The notes under the pieces were generated by a model. The model had not been told where the DNA came from. It saw nothing but the letters and a program-made list of their open reading frames with translations, and did not search any database. 40,660 nucleotides of DNA from a virus (Duplodnaviria > Caudoviricetes). The position numbers and the translations under genes were made by a program. Shown piece after piece: positions 9,576 to 18,451 of the stretch; positions within the stretch are counted from its first letter, which is position 1; the number at the start of each line of letters is the position of its first letter. The DNA lies in IMG/VR virus record IMGVR_UViG_3300048865_000017, positions 1 to 40,660 of that record; one strand, written 5' to 3'.

Positions 9576-10078
9576 ACTTCCTCGGCTTCTATCGACCAGT
9601 CATAGGTAGAATCCTGGGTGTTCAGCTGCTCGGTGGGGTCATCCATCAGTACATTCAAAAGCGGTAGGTAGTAGACCTGATACATAATCGCCCCCTCTAC
9701 GGGGGCCAGTGTGGCTATGTCACCCTCAAGCGTAACAGGGGTATCAAACCAGTCATCACCCATCAGCACCAGGCCCCAGGGCAACACGTCAGACCGGCGC
9801 GCTTTGGGCAATTCAAACGCCCGGCCTGTTGGGCTGGAAAGGCTGCGCGGCTGAATACATGAGATGACCAGGGGTTTGCTAAAGTCCAGCGACCCCAGGC
9901 CCAGCGGTAACCAGCCATTGCCACTGATCGTGGTTTTTAGCTTTTGCCAGTGCTGGCGCTTTTTACCGGCCCCCCTTGACATGCGTAGCAAGGTAGAACC
10001 GCCGATAGGCTCATATTGCTGGCTTGTGACGCCTGCATGATCTGAGAGGGGTATGCCGCCTATATACAGCCGGATCAT
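9572..10078 (-). CDS. Distal tail-like minor tail protein
   Basis: Immediately follows the tape measure with an ATGA overlap. Confidence 0.6.
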   Translation of the reverse strand: MIRLYIGGIPLSDHAGVTSQQYEPIGGSTLLRMSRGAGKKRQHWQKLKTTISGNGWLPLGLGSLDFSKPLVISCIQPRSLSSPTGRAFELPKARRSDVLPWGLVLMGDDWFDTPVTLEGDIATLAPVEGAIMYQVYYLPLLNVLMDDPTEQLNTQDSTYDWSIEAEEV

Positions 10079-12192
10079 TTGCCGCCCCTTCTGCGCGTGC
10101 CCTTCTGCAATGCCAGGGTTCTAAAATGCTGTTCCAGTCCATCAATAACATCAGCGGCCCCGGACAACTGCGCCGCTCCGTAGCCGGGCAGATTGAGCGT
10201 TAAGGGTCGACCCATGGCCTGGGCAGCGCCAGCGCCAGCGGTCCCCACAATGCCGCCAGAGGCAAAGCCCGGTAGCTTCATTCCGTTTAGCATGTCGAAA
10301 AACTGCGGACCGTATTTGCGCACGGCGGCAGCCCGTATCATGTATTCACCGTTCGAACCCCACATCAGAATTGAGTCACTTGTGCCAGTACCAGGCCCAC
10401 GCAACTGACCCCCGCCAGCAAAAGCAGGCAAGGCCGCTGGTGTGGCCTGCGCGCCAGCCGTGGGTGCTGCGGCGGGTAACAACGTCACCGGAATTTTGAA
10501 CTGATTTTTCAGTTGTTCGGCTAGCTGCTGCATTTGGGTTTGTAATGTGGATAGGGCTTGAGGATTTATCGAAATATCCACTTTTGTTTCTTTGATCTGT
10601 TCTAGCTGGGCTTTGAGTTGATCAATAACGACTTGTGAGTCCTGCGCCTTTTTCTCAGCTGCGCCTTGCGCGGTGGTGTTGGCAGCTAGCTCGATGCGCT
10701 CAAGCTCTTTGATCATTCCCGCTAGCCCGAACGTATCCCCACCGGCTTCTTTGATGCGCGTTAATACGTCATAGGCCTGTTCAGCCAGTTTCGCGGTACT
10801 TTCGGTATCCCCTTTTGCCGCTGCGGCGCGGGCCTTGACTGTTAGGTCCTGCGCTGACGCGTAAGTAGCGGGCGCTTCGTCCCCGCCCGGACGGGCATTG
10901 AATGCGTTGATCCGCTCTGCGTATTTCTTGCGTATATCAATCTGCTGATCTTTCAGCGCTTTGAGTTTGCTTGTTGCTTCCTGCTCAAGCTTCTGTTCTT
11001 GGGCGATGGCTTGTTGTAGGGCGCTGACAATAGATTTTTGCGCGTCTGCGGTTTTCTTAACGGCGTCCTGCGTGACTGCGGTATAGCCTTTCATAGTCTT
11101 TTGAGACTGTTCGAAGCTTTCCTTTATCTTGCGCTGAACTTCGGTAGCCTCGCGTCCGGCCTGGGCATATTCGCCAGACCAGAGTTTATCTATGCGCTCG
11201 ATACCCTCAGCGTAGGTGCCCAAAAAATCGGAACCCGCCTCAGTAGCGATATTGAACGCCCCCTTAAAATCGCCCGTCAGTAGTGCAACCATGGACGCGG
11301 CAACGCCGCCAATCATGCCGCCCACGGATTTGAAAACAGAATAAATACCGATGCCAAAGCTGGTAACCAGCTTGACCATGGCCCCCAGCGCGGCTGAGGC
11401 CTCGGTGGCTCCTTGCGTGTCCTTTGAAAGATCCTGCATCAAGCCCGAAAGCTCAGACACGGTGGGGTTCAGACCGATTGCCAAGCGCTGGTGTAGATTC
11501 TCGGTCAGAGCATCCATGGTGCCTAACGATGTTTGAAGCTGTACGCCTTGCGCCACAACATCATTAGACAGGACAAGCCCTAGTTCACGGGCCTGTTTGG
11601 ACAGTTCGGCAAAGCCGTTGCCGTTATTCTGAAGCAGCGGTAGCAGACGACTTGCGTCATCTGCTATCGACTCAAGATAAAACGTCATTTGCGACTGTGA
11701 TAAGTTCGCCTTTTCCAAGCTGCTGACAAAAAGCTGTAGCGCTTCAGGCCCGGAAAGCGTGCGGAACTGATCAGCCGTGACTCCGACTTGTGGGGCGATC
11801 TTTTCAAAAAAGTCTTGTAACTCCCCGCCCCCGGTGGACAAGAAGTCCCCTACCTTGTCCTGAACGTCTTTGAATATGTCCCCTAACTTGTCGTTTTCGA
11901 CCCCGACCGACCGCGCCCCATAGCTAAGCTCTTGGAAGCGCTCGGCAGATATCCCCGCCACTTGGGCAAGTGTTGATATCTCGTTTAAGGCCTGGCCGGT
12001 GTCGGTCACCATCTGTTTGACTGCGGCAACACTCAGAACCCCGGCAAGGCCTCCGGCCAGGTCGCCAAAGCGATCGTTCAGGCCTTCTACTTTGTCGGAC
12101 AAACCTTGAAGGCCGTTTAAGGCACTATCAACGGCTTTTTGTGATCTGTTGCGGCCTTCAATGACCAGCTGTACTAATGATTTGGCTGGCAT
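10075..12192 (-). CDS. Tail tape measure protein
   Basis: 705 aa, Ala/Gln-rich helical; KDVQDKVGDFL.TGGG and GPGTGTSDSI..SNGEY.I.AAAV motifs. Confidence 0.92.
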   Translation of the reverse strand: MPAKSLVQLVIEGRNRSQKAVDSALNGLQGLSDKVEGLNDRFGDLAGGLAGVLSVAAVKQMVTDTGQALNEISTLAQVAGISAERFQELSYGARSVGVENDKLGDIFKDVQDKVGDFLSTGGGELQDFFEKIAPQVGVTADQFRTLSGPEALQLFVSSLEKANLSQSQMTFYLESIADDASRLLPLLQNNGNGFAELSKQARELGLVLSNDVVAQGVQLQTSLGTMDALTENLHQRLAIGLNPTVSELSGLMQDLSKDTQGATEASAALGAMVKLVTSFGIGIYSVFKSVGGMIGGVAASMVALLTGDFKGAFNIATEAGSDFLGTYAEGIERIDKLWSGEYAQAGREATEVQRKIKESFEQSQKTMKGYTAVTQDAVKKTADAQKSIVSALQQAIAQEQKLEQEATSKLKALKDQQIDIRKKYAERINAFNARPGGDEAPATYASAQDLTVKARAAAAKGDTESTAKLAEQAYDVLTRIKEAGGDTFGLAGMIKELERIELAANTTAQGAAEKKAQDSQVVIDQLKAQLEQIKETKVDISINPQALSTLQTQMQQLAEQLKNQFKIPVTLLPAAAPTAGAQATPAALPAFAGGGQLRGPGTGTSDSILMWGSNGEYMIRAAAVRKYGPQFFDMLNGMKLPGFASGGIVGTAGAGAAQAMGRPLTLNLPGYGAAQLSGAADVIDGLEQHFRTLALQKGTRRRGGK

Positions 12193-12417
12193 TTATTTCA
12201 AACTCCGGGTGAATTTGTCCCACTCTTTAGGCGCGCTCTGTGCCGCACGGTCAAAAATGGCTTGGGTTTGCATCTGCTCAATGATGCCGGACAGGTACAC
12301 ATCAACTTGCTGTAACGTGTAGTCGCCCACGGCGGCGGGGTCGTGGCCGTGGCTAATTAGCCTTTGGACGATTGCGCCCCAGCTAATAGCGCGACCAGAT
12401 CCGCCAGGGCGAGCGCG
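12193..12417 (-). CDS. Tail assembly chaperone gpT-like segment, reached by a -1 frameshift (absent from the ORF track)
   Basis: Open -1 frame from slippery T TTT TTC (12417-12423) reading RARPGGSGRAISWGAIVQRLISHGHDPAAVGDYTLQQVDVYL...KFTRSLK*; stop abuts the tape measure ATG. Confidence 0.75.
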   Translation of the reverse strand, partial: RARPGGSGRAISWGAIVQRLISHGHDPAAVGDYTLQQVDVYLSGIIEQMQTQAIFDRAAQSAPKEWDKFTRSLK

Positions 12418-12728
12418 AAAAAATCAGCATTAACGCGCACCACTTGAACGAATAATTGGAACGCGGTCATTGCAGGCAAGCGCCAGACATACCAGCGTGA
12501 AAGGCTGGTACACGTATAGAGCACGCGGCGAAGGTCCCGGCTATAGCGGGACATAAACGCATTGATACCCTGAATTGAGGGGGCGGCGGCTATCTCAACC
12601 GCCGCCGCCGCTGTCTTGCCGTAGTGCTCAAGATCCTTGAGCCGTACCGCCCGCACCTCTACGCGCTTATTGCCCAGGAGCACTATTTCAGGCTCCGGGT
12701 ATAAAACGGCTAAATCCGACATAGGCAT
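12357..12728 (-). CDS. Tail assembly chaperone (gpG-like)
   Basis: Between tail tube and tape measure; VNADFF slippery motif near the end. Confidence 0.8.
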   Translation of the reverse strand: MPMSDLAVLYPEPEIVLLGNKRVEVRAVRLKDLEHYGKTAAAAVEIAAAPSIQGINAFMSRYSRDLRRVLYTCTSLSRWYVWRLPAMTAFQLFVQVVRVNADFFALALADLVALLAGAQSSKG

Positions 12729-13507
12729 TAACCGCCCGTTGTCGTGGCTGCGCCTGCGGTTACGTCTGCGCCTTCAATGAGCCGTTCTTTTTCGATGCGG
12801 AAAAAAGCCGACCGGCCCGCGCCAAAGGTGCGGCTATCTTTCAGGGCTTCACCGGTCACGCTCATGGATGCGAAGTCATCGCCGATAAAGTTCAGATCAG
12901 ACGCGGCCCCGAACTTCACCCGGTAAATGATGATGTTCGCCCGGCGCTGGGTCCCGGCTTCGTTCATGCCCTCAAAGAGCATTTCAAAGGTTCTGCCTGA
13001 TGTGGTCATGGCTTCGATAACATCCACGCCAGCGGCGGCATAATCTACGGTCACCTCCGTGTCAGCATCAATCTCAGCATCTTCAGGAATAAAGATACCG
13101 CCGCCTGATATCTGCCAATCTCTGTCTACCTCAAACGCACCATCAGCCCCTACCACTGTATTGATAGTCAAGGGCATACGCGCAAGCTTGGTTACCCGGC
13201 CTGGGGTAATGGTGACGGTCTCGCCAGTGACCGCCACCGGCGCAAGGTAACGGCTTGACGCGTAAAGGTTGCGCGTGAGGTTGCCCACCGTTAAATCATA
13301 AAGATTCATCGTGAGACCCACGCTAGTGATACGGCGCACTGAGTCATACTTACCACCGCCAGGGCGGGTGTAGTCGGGAATGCTTTTTTCGTCTTCGTCG
13401 ATGTTAAAGGTCAGTTCGGACGAATTACCAACGCGCTCAAACGGCACGGCGCTACCGGATGGACGCAGCCCGATATGTCCCGAGCCTAGCCAGGTTTCTA
13501 CAGTCAT
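12728..13507 (-). CDS. Major tail tube protein
   Basis: LGSG.I, VGNSSEL.F, FEGMNEA and L.FIGDDFASM.VTGEALKD motifs. Confidence 0.85.
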   Translation of the reverse strand: MTVETWLGSGHIGLRPSGSAVPFERVGNSSELTFNIDEDEKSIPDYTRPGGGKYDSVRRITSVGLTMNLYDLTVGNLTRNLYASSRYLAPVAVTGETVTITPGRVTKLARMPLTINTVVGADGAFEVDRDWQISGGGIFIPEDAEIDADTEVTVDYAAAGVDVIEAMTTSGRTFEMLFEGMNEAGTQRRANIIIYRVKFGAASDLNFIGDDFASMSVTGEALKDSRTFGAGRSAFFRIEKERLIEGADVTAGAATTTGG

Positions 13508-13532
13508 CGTTATTACCTCATGTATAGCCGCG

Positions 13533-14000
13533 CTAGGCGGTTCTTTGCGGGGTTGTACGAACGGGGGTGTATGTTTCGACGTAACGCACGGTCAACGTCG
13601 ATTGAATGCGGGCTTTGGTGACGCCGCCCGTGCCTGCGGGTAAAACCGTCATTTCTTCTTCGACGACTTGCGCCGGAAAATCCCTGTGATCCTGCGTCAC
13701 AAGGCCCACGGCCAGTGACCGCAACATGTCAAAATGAGCGGCCAAAAGATCGGGCTGTTTGGCGTAGCGGTCGAACACAATTTCAATCACATAGGCCCGG
13801 TGGCGCTTGACCGTATAGCCCTTGATATCCTCGGCGCGGTCTGTGTCAACGTTAATGGTTATATAAGGGTGCGGGGTGTTGTCCGGCACCTTTTCCCCGT
13901 TGGGGTAGATGGCCTGAATGTCGGTGTTGTAGCCGTTGGCTTGGCTGATTCCCTCAAAGCGGGCCACCATGGCTGCTGATACCGCCTCGCCTTTGGTCAT
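13533..14000 (-). CDS. Tail terminator protein
   Basis: I.QANGYNTDI motif; position just before the tail tube gene. Confidence 0.7.
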   Translation of the reverse strand: MTKGEAVSAAMVARFEGISQANGYNTDIQAIYPNGEKVPDNTPHPYITINVDTDRAEDIKGYTVKRHRAYVIEIVFDRYAKQPDLLAAHFDMLRSLAVGLVTQDHRDFPAQVVEEEMTVLPAGTGGVTKARIQSTLTVRYVETYTPVRTTPQRTA

Positions 14001-14554
14001 GGCCTCGTGATCCCCTTGTTATAGCGGCGTGAAAATTCCTGCTGCATGTAGGCATTAACCCAGCGCAATAGCTGGGCGTTGGTCAGCTGCTTGAACACGC
14101 TGGCCACGCTCGGGCCTAGTGCGGGTTTGAACGTTTTGCGCCCATTGGCCCCGTTGAAGCCACGGGTTCTGAGCGGCTTTTGATTTTTCGATGACGGGTT
14201 GATAAACCCCGCCGCTACCCGCCGCCCGGTCAGTGTGCGGACATAAAGACGGGCGCGGGTGGCGCTCAGGCGGTAGGCGATCCAGTCGGCAAAATGTTCA
14301 AGGGCTACACCAGATGAACTGGCAATCACGCGGGCATCGGTGCGTTTTAAGCCTGCGCGCTTGACTACAAGTCGCTGACGTAAAAACGCCTTTTGCGGGT
14401 ATATGCGCGAAAGCTTGGGCAGGTACTGTTTATTGCGGGCAAGCGTGGCCGTGCTGTTGAGCGTGCCCCGCACGACCGGATCAACGCGCTTTCCGGCATC
14501 GCGTAGGGTCTGCATGGCCCCATTGACGCCTTTTAATGAAAGATCAACGCGCAT
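13997..14554 (-). CDS. Neck / tail completion protein (gpZ-like)
   Basis: Basic protein with LN.TA and GPSVASVF motifs; position in the head-tail joining cluster. Confidence 0.6.
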   Translation of the reverse strand: MRVDLSLKGVNGAMQTLRDAGKRVDPVVRGTLNSTATLARNKQYLPKLSRIYPQKAFLRQRLVVKRAGLKRTDARVIASSSGVALEHFADWIAYRLSATRARLYVRTLTGRRVAAGFINPSSKNQKPLRTRGFNGANGRKTFKPALGPSVASVFKQLTNAQLLRWVNAYMQQEFSRRYNKGITRP

Positions 14555-14555
14555 G

Positions 14556-15104
14556 TCAGGCCCTCGAAAGCCAGAGGCCCCGAACTACCCCATCATCCGT
14601 GCCCGCCCGGTAGCCGTCCACGACATACGCAACACCCGCCACCTCAAGCACTTCACCGGCCTGAATGCGACCGGCTTCTATCAAGGCAATCTCACCGTAG
14701 GTTTTGTACTCGGTGACCTGTTCCAAGTCGTCAAGATAAGGCGCGCTCGGCACTAACAGGCAGCGGCAATACCGGGGCGCTGCGTTTTGCCCCAGATATA
14801 CGGCAGGCTCGCCCACCAACTCTGAGGCAGACATAACCAGTTCTTGCCGGGTGCCTTTGAAGTCGCGCACCGCGCTCAGGTAGAACAGGCGGTTACCGTG
14901 GACAAGGTAGCGCCCCTGGGTGAGTTCGGTTGTGTAGCGGGCGCGTATGGTCACCTTTGAGGGTGAGCGAAGGCCCAACGCTTCAGGCGTGGCCCCGGCG
15001 TCGGTCACGGCAATTTCACACCAGACCTGGCCACGCGGTATGGCTTCCAGATCCGGCGATAACGTATAAACCGTGGCCAGGCTGTCGAGTTTTCCTGATC
15101 TCAT
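14556..15104 (-). CDS. Head closure / head-tail adaptor protein
   Basis: MRSGKLD, VWCEI and TIRARY motifs typical of SPP1 gp16-like proteins. Confidence 0.7.
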   Translation of the reverse strand: MRSGKLDSLATVYTLSPDLEAIPRGQVWCEIAVTDAGATPEALGLRSPSKVTIRARYTTELTQGRYLVHGNRLFYLSAVRDFKGTRQELVMSASELVGEPAVYLGQNAAPRYCRCLLVPSAPYLDDLEQVTEYKTYGEIALIEAGRIQAGEVLEVAGVAYVVDGYRAGTDDGVVRGLWLSRA

Positions 15105-15643
15105 ACGCCCAATTTCACCCTGTGGGGGTGGAGTAGCGTGCGGGCACCCATGGGCAGTGGGACGGCAGTCGTCCCCGTTACTGAGTCCTCATGATTTTCA
15201 TTCAGATGCCCCAGGATCAGCAAAACCGCTGCCAGTATGTCTGGCTCAATCACGATGGGGTCACCCCCTGCGGTGCCATCCAGCACGGCAGCGGTGAGCG
15301 CGTCAGTGTCCCGGTAGACACGCCGCTGCATGTAGTTTTCAGCCACGCGAACAGCGGCGTTCAAGTACAGCTCAACCATGCACCGCCGTTCTTCGTTGGC
15401 TCCCAGGTGCAACATGGCCACATCCACATCAACCGCCCCAAGTGGCTTGGGGTCAGGTTCTGGTATGCCGGGCTGAATAGGTGCGTCGGGGTCTAGCGGC
15501 TCGACATCAGACGGCGGCGGCAGCGTGTTCGGAATCTCAGGCGGCGTGGGGTCCAGGGTATCGGTGACGGGCACGCTCGGGGCGGTGGTGCCGGTCGTGG
15601 GTGTAGTGGTGTTTGTCACCGGCAGGGCGTTTGGGTCACTCAT
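15101..15643 (-). CDS. Head-tail connector (HK97 gp6-like) with Pro/Thr-rich N-terminal extension
   Basis: HL...AA...AENYMQR, AAVLLILGHL.EN.E and LP.GA..LL.PHR motifs. Confidence 0.8.
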   Translation of the reverse strand: MSDPNALPVTNTTTPTTGTTAPSVPVTDTLDPTPPEIPNTLPPPSDVEPLDPDAPIQPGIPEPDPKPLGAVDVDVAMLHLGANEERRCMVELYLNAAVRVAENYMQRRVYRDTDALTAAVLDGTAGGDPIVIEPDILAAVLLILGHLNENHEDSVTGTTAVPLPMGARTLLHPHRVKLGV

Positions 15644-15866
15644 TGCGGCTACCCTCGGGCTGTGCATCTGGCCTCACCAGCTCAAGGGTTGGCCCCCCTT
15701 GCAGAACAACCACACGCCCTGCTCCGTGGGCCTTGAATACATCGGTCAGGGTTTCTTTTACGGTTTGAAGTTGGTCGCGGGTGAGTAAACCGGGAAACGT
15801 CACAACTACAACGTCACCCGGTTGCAGACGCGCCACCGCCACATCAGCAAGTTCAAGCGGATTCAT
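15636..15866 (-). CDS. Hypothetical protein in the head operon
   Basis: 76-aa ORF with a GGGG RBS, packed between neighbours. Confidence 0.6.
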   Translation of the reverse strand: MNPLELADVAVARLQPGDVVVVTFPGLLTRDQLQTVKETLTDVFKAHGAGRVVVLQGGPTLELVRPDAQPEGSRNE

Positions 15867-15878
15867 GGCGCGGCCCCC

Positions 15879-16274
15879 TTATTTGCTGGCGGTAGTTTTG
15901 CGAGCGGCGGGCTTTTCGGCAGCCTGGGTGCCGGTGTTTGCATCAGTACCAGTACCGGTAATGGTGGCGCTGGTGGTCGGCTGGGGCTGGCTGCCATCCC
16001 CGCTGCGGGTCTGGCCCGTCACGTTTAGGCCCTGCGCTTCGGCAGTACGCTCGGGATTTAACGCGGCCTGGATCTGCTGCGCGTTGCTGATCAGGCTGGC
16101 GCTGTAGGTGGAATTGTCGGTATTGACTACCACGCTTTCCTCATCGCCGGAATATTGTTCCACCTTGCCCCGTGCCCCTAACTGGCGCTGATGCTGGTCG
16201 GTGGTTTCAAACGGTTTGCCCGCTGGCACCACTACACCGGCCACTAAGATTGGTTTGTCATAAGTGATTTTCAT
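15879..16274 (-). CDS. Capsid-associated hypothetical protein
   Basis: GAGG RBS; follows the major capsid gene; low-complexity Thr/Ala C-terminus. Confidence 0.6.
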   Translation of the reverse strand: MKITYDKPILVAGVVVPAGKPFETTDQHQRQLGARGKVEQYSGDEESVVVNTDNSTYSASLISNAQQIQAALNPERTAEAQGLNVTGQTRSGDGSQPQPTTSATITGTGTDANTGTQAAEKPAARKTTASK

Positions 16275-16285
16275 GGCATGACCTC

Positions 16286-16313
16286 AAAAGAAAAGCCGCC
16301 CAGGGGCGGCTTT
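16286..16313 (-). terminator. Intrinsic terminator after the major capsid gene
   Basis: AAAGCCGCC/GGCGGCTTT stem with a TTTTCTTTT tail on the minus strand. Confidence 0.75.
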
Positions 16314-16319
16314 GTGGGT

Positions 16320-17549
16320 TTAGGCACCAGTGCCAGTACCTGCGGCAAGTGACGGCAGATCACCAAAAATGAAGGCCTCGGGGCGCTTCACGATCAGGGC
16401 GGTTCGTTCTTCACAACGAATGCTGATCATGTTCTTTTCGAAGTCGTCGGCGTTTTCAGTGCTAATGACTACGTTTGCGTCTTCGCGGTCGAACAGCTGC
16501 GCGCCGTCGCGGAATGCACCGGTAAGGAATTTGCCCAGGAATGCGGCAAGCTCAGTGGCGACCACGGGCAGGCCCCACAACACCGGACCAGCCAGGCCAA
16601 GTGGGTTGGCCAGGATGTAGCGCCCAATTTCATCTTTTGTCAGCTCAATACGCGCCCAATCGGTAAAATGCAAAACGTGACCGGTTGCGGGCAGACGGGC
16701 AAGCTGGGCTTGCAGCATCGCCAGGCGCAAAACGTCAATAGAGTTCTGACGCTCAACGGTGAATGCGGGTTCGAAGTCCTGAGCCTGCGGTACGATGCCG
16801 TGCAAATGCACGCCCGTGCCGTCGCCAAACAGAACTTCCGCTTCTTCCGCGTATTTCAGGCCAAAACGCATTTCCGCGTCGATCTGGCCCATCAGCTGCG
16901 TGAAGTCATCCAAGATCTGTTTCGATGCCTTGAACATGTGTGCAATAGTCGAGACTGCTGTCATCTTCGGTTCAAAACTGATGCCGCTGTAAGGCTTGGT
17001 CGTGTTTTCAGCAACCACACGGGCTGCATTGGTAAAGCCTGTTTGTTGAACCCAGAAAATCGCCGGGCTGGTGGTACGGCCCCCGGTGATCAGGTCGCGG
17101 ATGAACAGGCGTTGCTTGGGCAGAACATCAATACCGGGCAGGCGTTGTGGCTCTACCACGCCCGCTGGTATATCAGCGGACAGAAGCGCGGCATTAACGG
17201 GCACGTTCACACGCTTGCCACCTTCCACGCTTGCGGCAAAGTCCTTTAAGGCCTGGGACTTGATCACCGTTGCGCCCAGGCTTTCAGCTTTCTGGCTTTG
17301 TGCGCCACGCGGCAGGCGGGTGAACTCGCCTTCAAGCTCGCCTAGCCGGGCTTTAAGCTCGGTGTGTGCGGTGTTCAGGCTGTTAAAGGTGGTTGCCAGC
17401 TTGTCTACGCTGTTCTTTGTTTCGGCGCTCAGCTCGCCCGCTTCTCTGGCTTGCTTTAACGCCTTTTCGGCTTCAGAACTGAACTCACTGGATACGCGGT
17501 TAAGCTCCTTTGTTACATCGGCCAATATTTCTGTAATGTCTTTTGACAT
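16320..17549 (-). CDS. Major capsid protein, HK97 fold with N-terminal delta domain
   Basis: Coiled-coil N-terminus; ASKQILDD, GDGTG..LHGI, LWGLPVV, DFEKNM..IRCEER.AL.V.RPEAF motifs. Confidence 0.95.
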   Translation of the reverse strand: MSKDITEILADVTKELNRVSSEFSSEAEKALKQAREAGELSAETKNSVDKLATTFNSLNTAHTELKARLGELEGEFTRLPRGAQSQKAESLGATVIKSQALKDFAASVEGGKRVNVPVNAALLSADIPAGVVEPQRLPGIDVLPKQRLFIRDLITGGRTTSPAIFWVQQTGFTNAARVVAENTTKPYSGISFEPKMTAVSTIAHMFKASKQILDDFTQLMGQIDAEMRFGLKYAEEAEVLFGDGTGVHLHGIVPQAQDFEPAFTVERQNSIDVLRLAMLQAQLARLPATGHVLHFTDWARIELTKDEIGRYILANPLGLAGPVLWGLPVVATELAAFLGKFLTGAFRDGAQLFDREDANVVISTENADDFEKNMISIRCEERTALIVKRPEAFIFGDLPSLAAGTGTGA

Positions 17550-17551
17550 GA

Positions 17552-18433
17552 TTAAGCTCCGGTACGGGTGGACGCCTTGAGCCGGTCAAGCGCGGCTTCC
17601 AGGGCTGTCAGGGCTGCGGCCTGTTGGGCCTGTTCTGCGGTAGCGCCTGGCATACCGGGGGCGGCAGCGTCACGCGTGCCGTTCTTGAGGTCTTGCATTA
17701 ACTGCCTGCGCTCTGAGCGCGGCATACCGCTTTTTGCCAGCACCACGTCAAGGCGTCTGGCGGCGATCTGGGCAGGGCTGAGCGCGTTTGAACGCTGCTT
17801 TGTTTCATCCGAGGCTAGCAACTCATGGGCGAAACCCTGTTCAACGGCGGCGCTACCGCCCAGCCAGGTTTCAGCGTCCATGAGTTTGAGAAGTGCGTCA
17901 GGCTCAAGGCCTGTTTGCGCCGCGTAGATATCCGCCATCGCGTTATCAAACGGGGCAAGCGATGCGGCCATGTCGGTGAGGTCATTACGATTGCCGACTG
18001 CTACAACCCACGTGTTGTGAATCATTAAAAAGCCGCTGCGGGCAATCTGGATTTCATCACCGGCCATGGCGATGATGGACGCGGCAGACGCGGCAAGGCC
18101 CACGATTTTGATAGTCACATGGCCCTTGTACTCGCGCAGTAGGTTGTAAATCGCCAGGCCTTCAAACAGGTCACCGCCTGGGCTGTTGACGTTGACTGTC
18201 ACGTCAGCGCCCCCCATGCCCTTTAAAATCCCGTTGATACGCTTGGCGGTCACGCCGTCGCCGGTCCAGTAGTCATAACCGATGGGATCAAACACGCTGA
18301 TCGTGTTTTCTTCGTCTTCATCGGCGGCCATCAGGCCTGAGTTCCAGCGTTCAAGGGCTTTGGGTAGCAGGTCGCCGGTGAGATTCGCGCACGGGCGAGC
18401 CTCCGGCGCAGCCGGAAGTTTACGAACTGTCAT
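17552..18433 (-). CDS. Head maturation protease, ClpP-like (S14)
   Basis: VNSPGGD.FEGLAIYNLL, GLAASAAS.IAMAGD, LMIHN and ETWL motifs. Confidence 0.93.
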   Translation of the reverse strand: MTVRKLPAAPEARPCANLTGDLLPKALERWNSGLMAADEDEENTISVFDPIGYDYWTGDGVTAKRINGILKGMGGADVTVNVNSPGGDLFEGLAIYNLLREYKGHVTIKIVGLAASAASIIAMAGDEIQIARSGFLMIHNTWVVAVGNRNDLTDMAASLAPFDNAMADIYAAQTGLEPDALLKLMDAETWLGGSAAVEQGFAHELLASDETKQRSNALSPAQIAARRLDVVLAKSGMPRSERRQLMQDLKNGTRDAAAPGMPGATAEQAQQAAALTALEAALDRLKASTRTGA

Positions 18434-18451
18434 GTGTGAGCCTCGGGGGTG

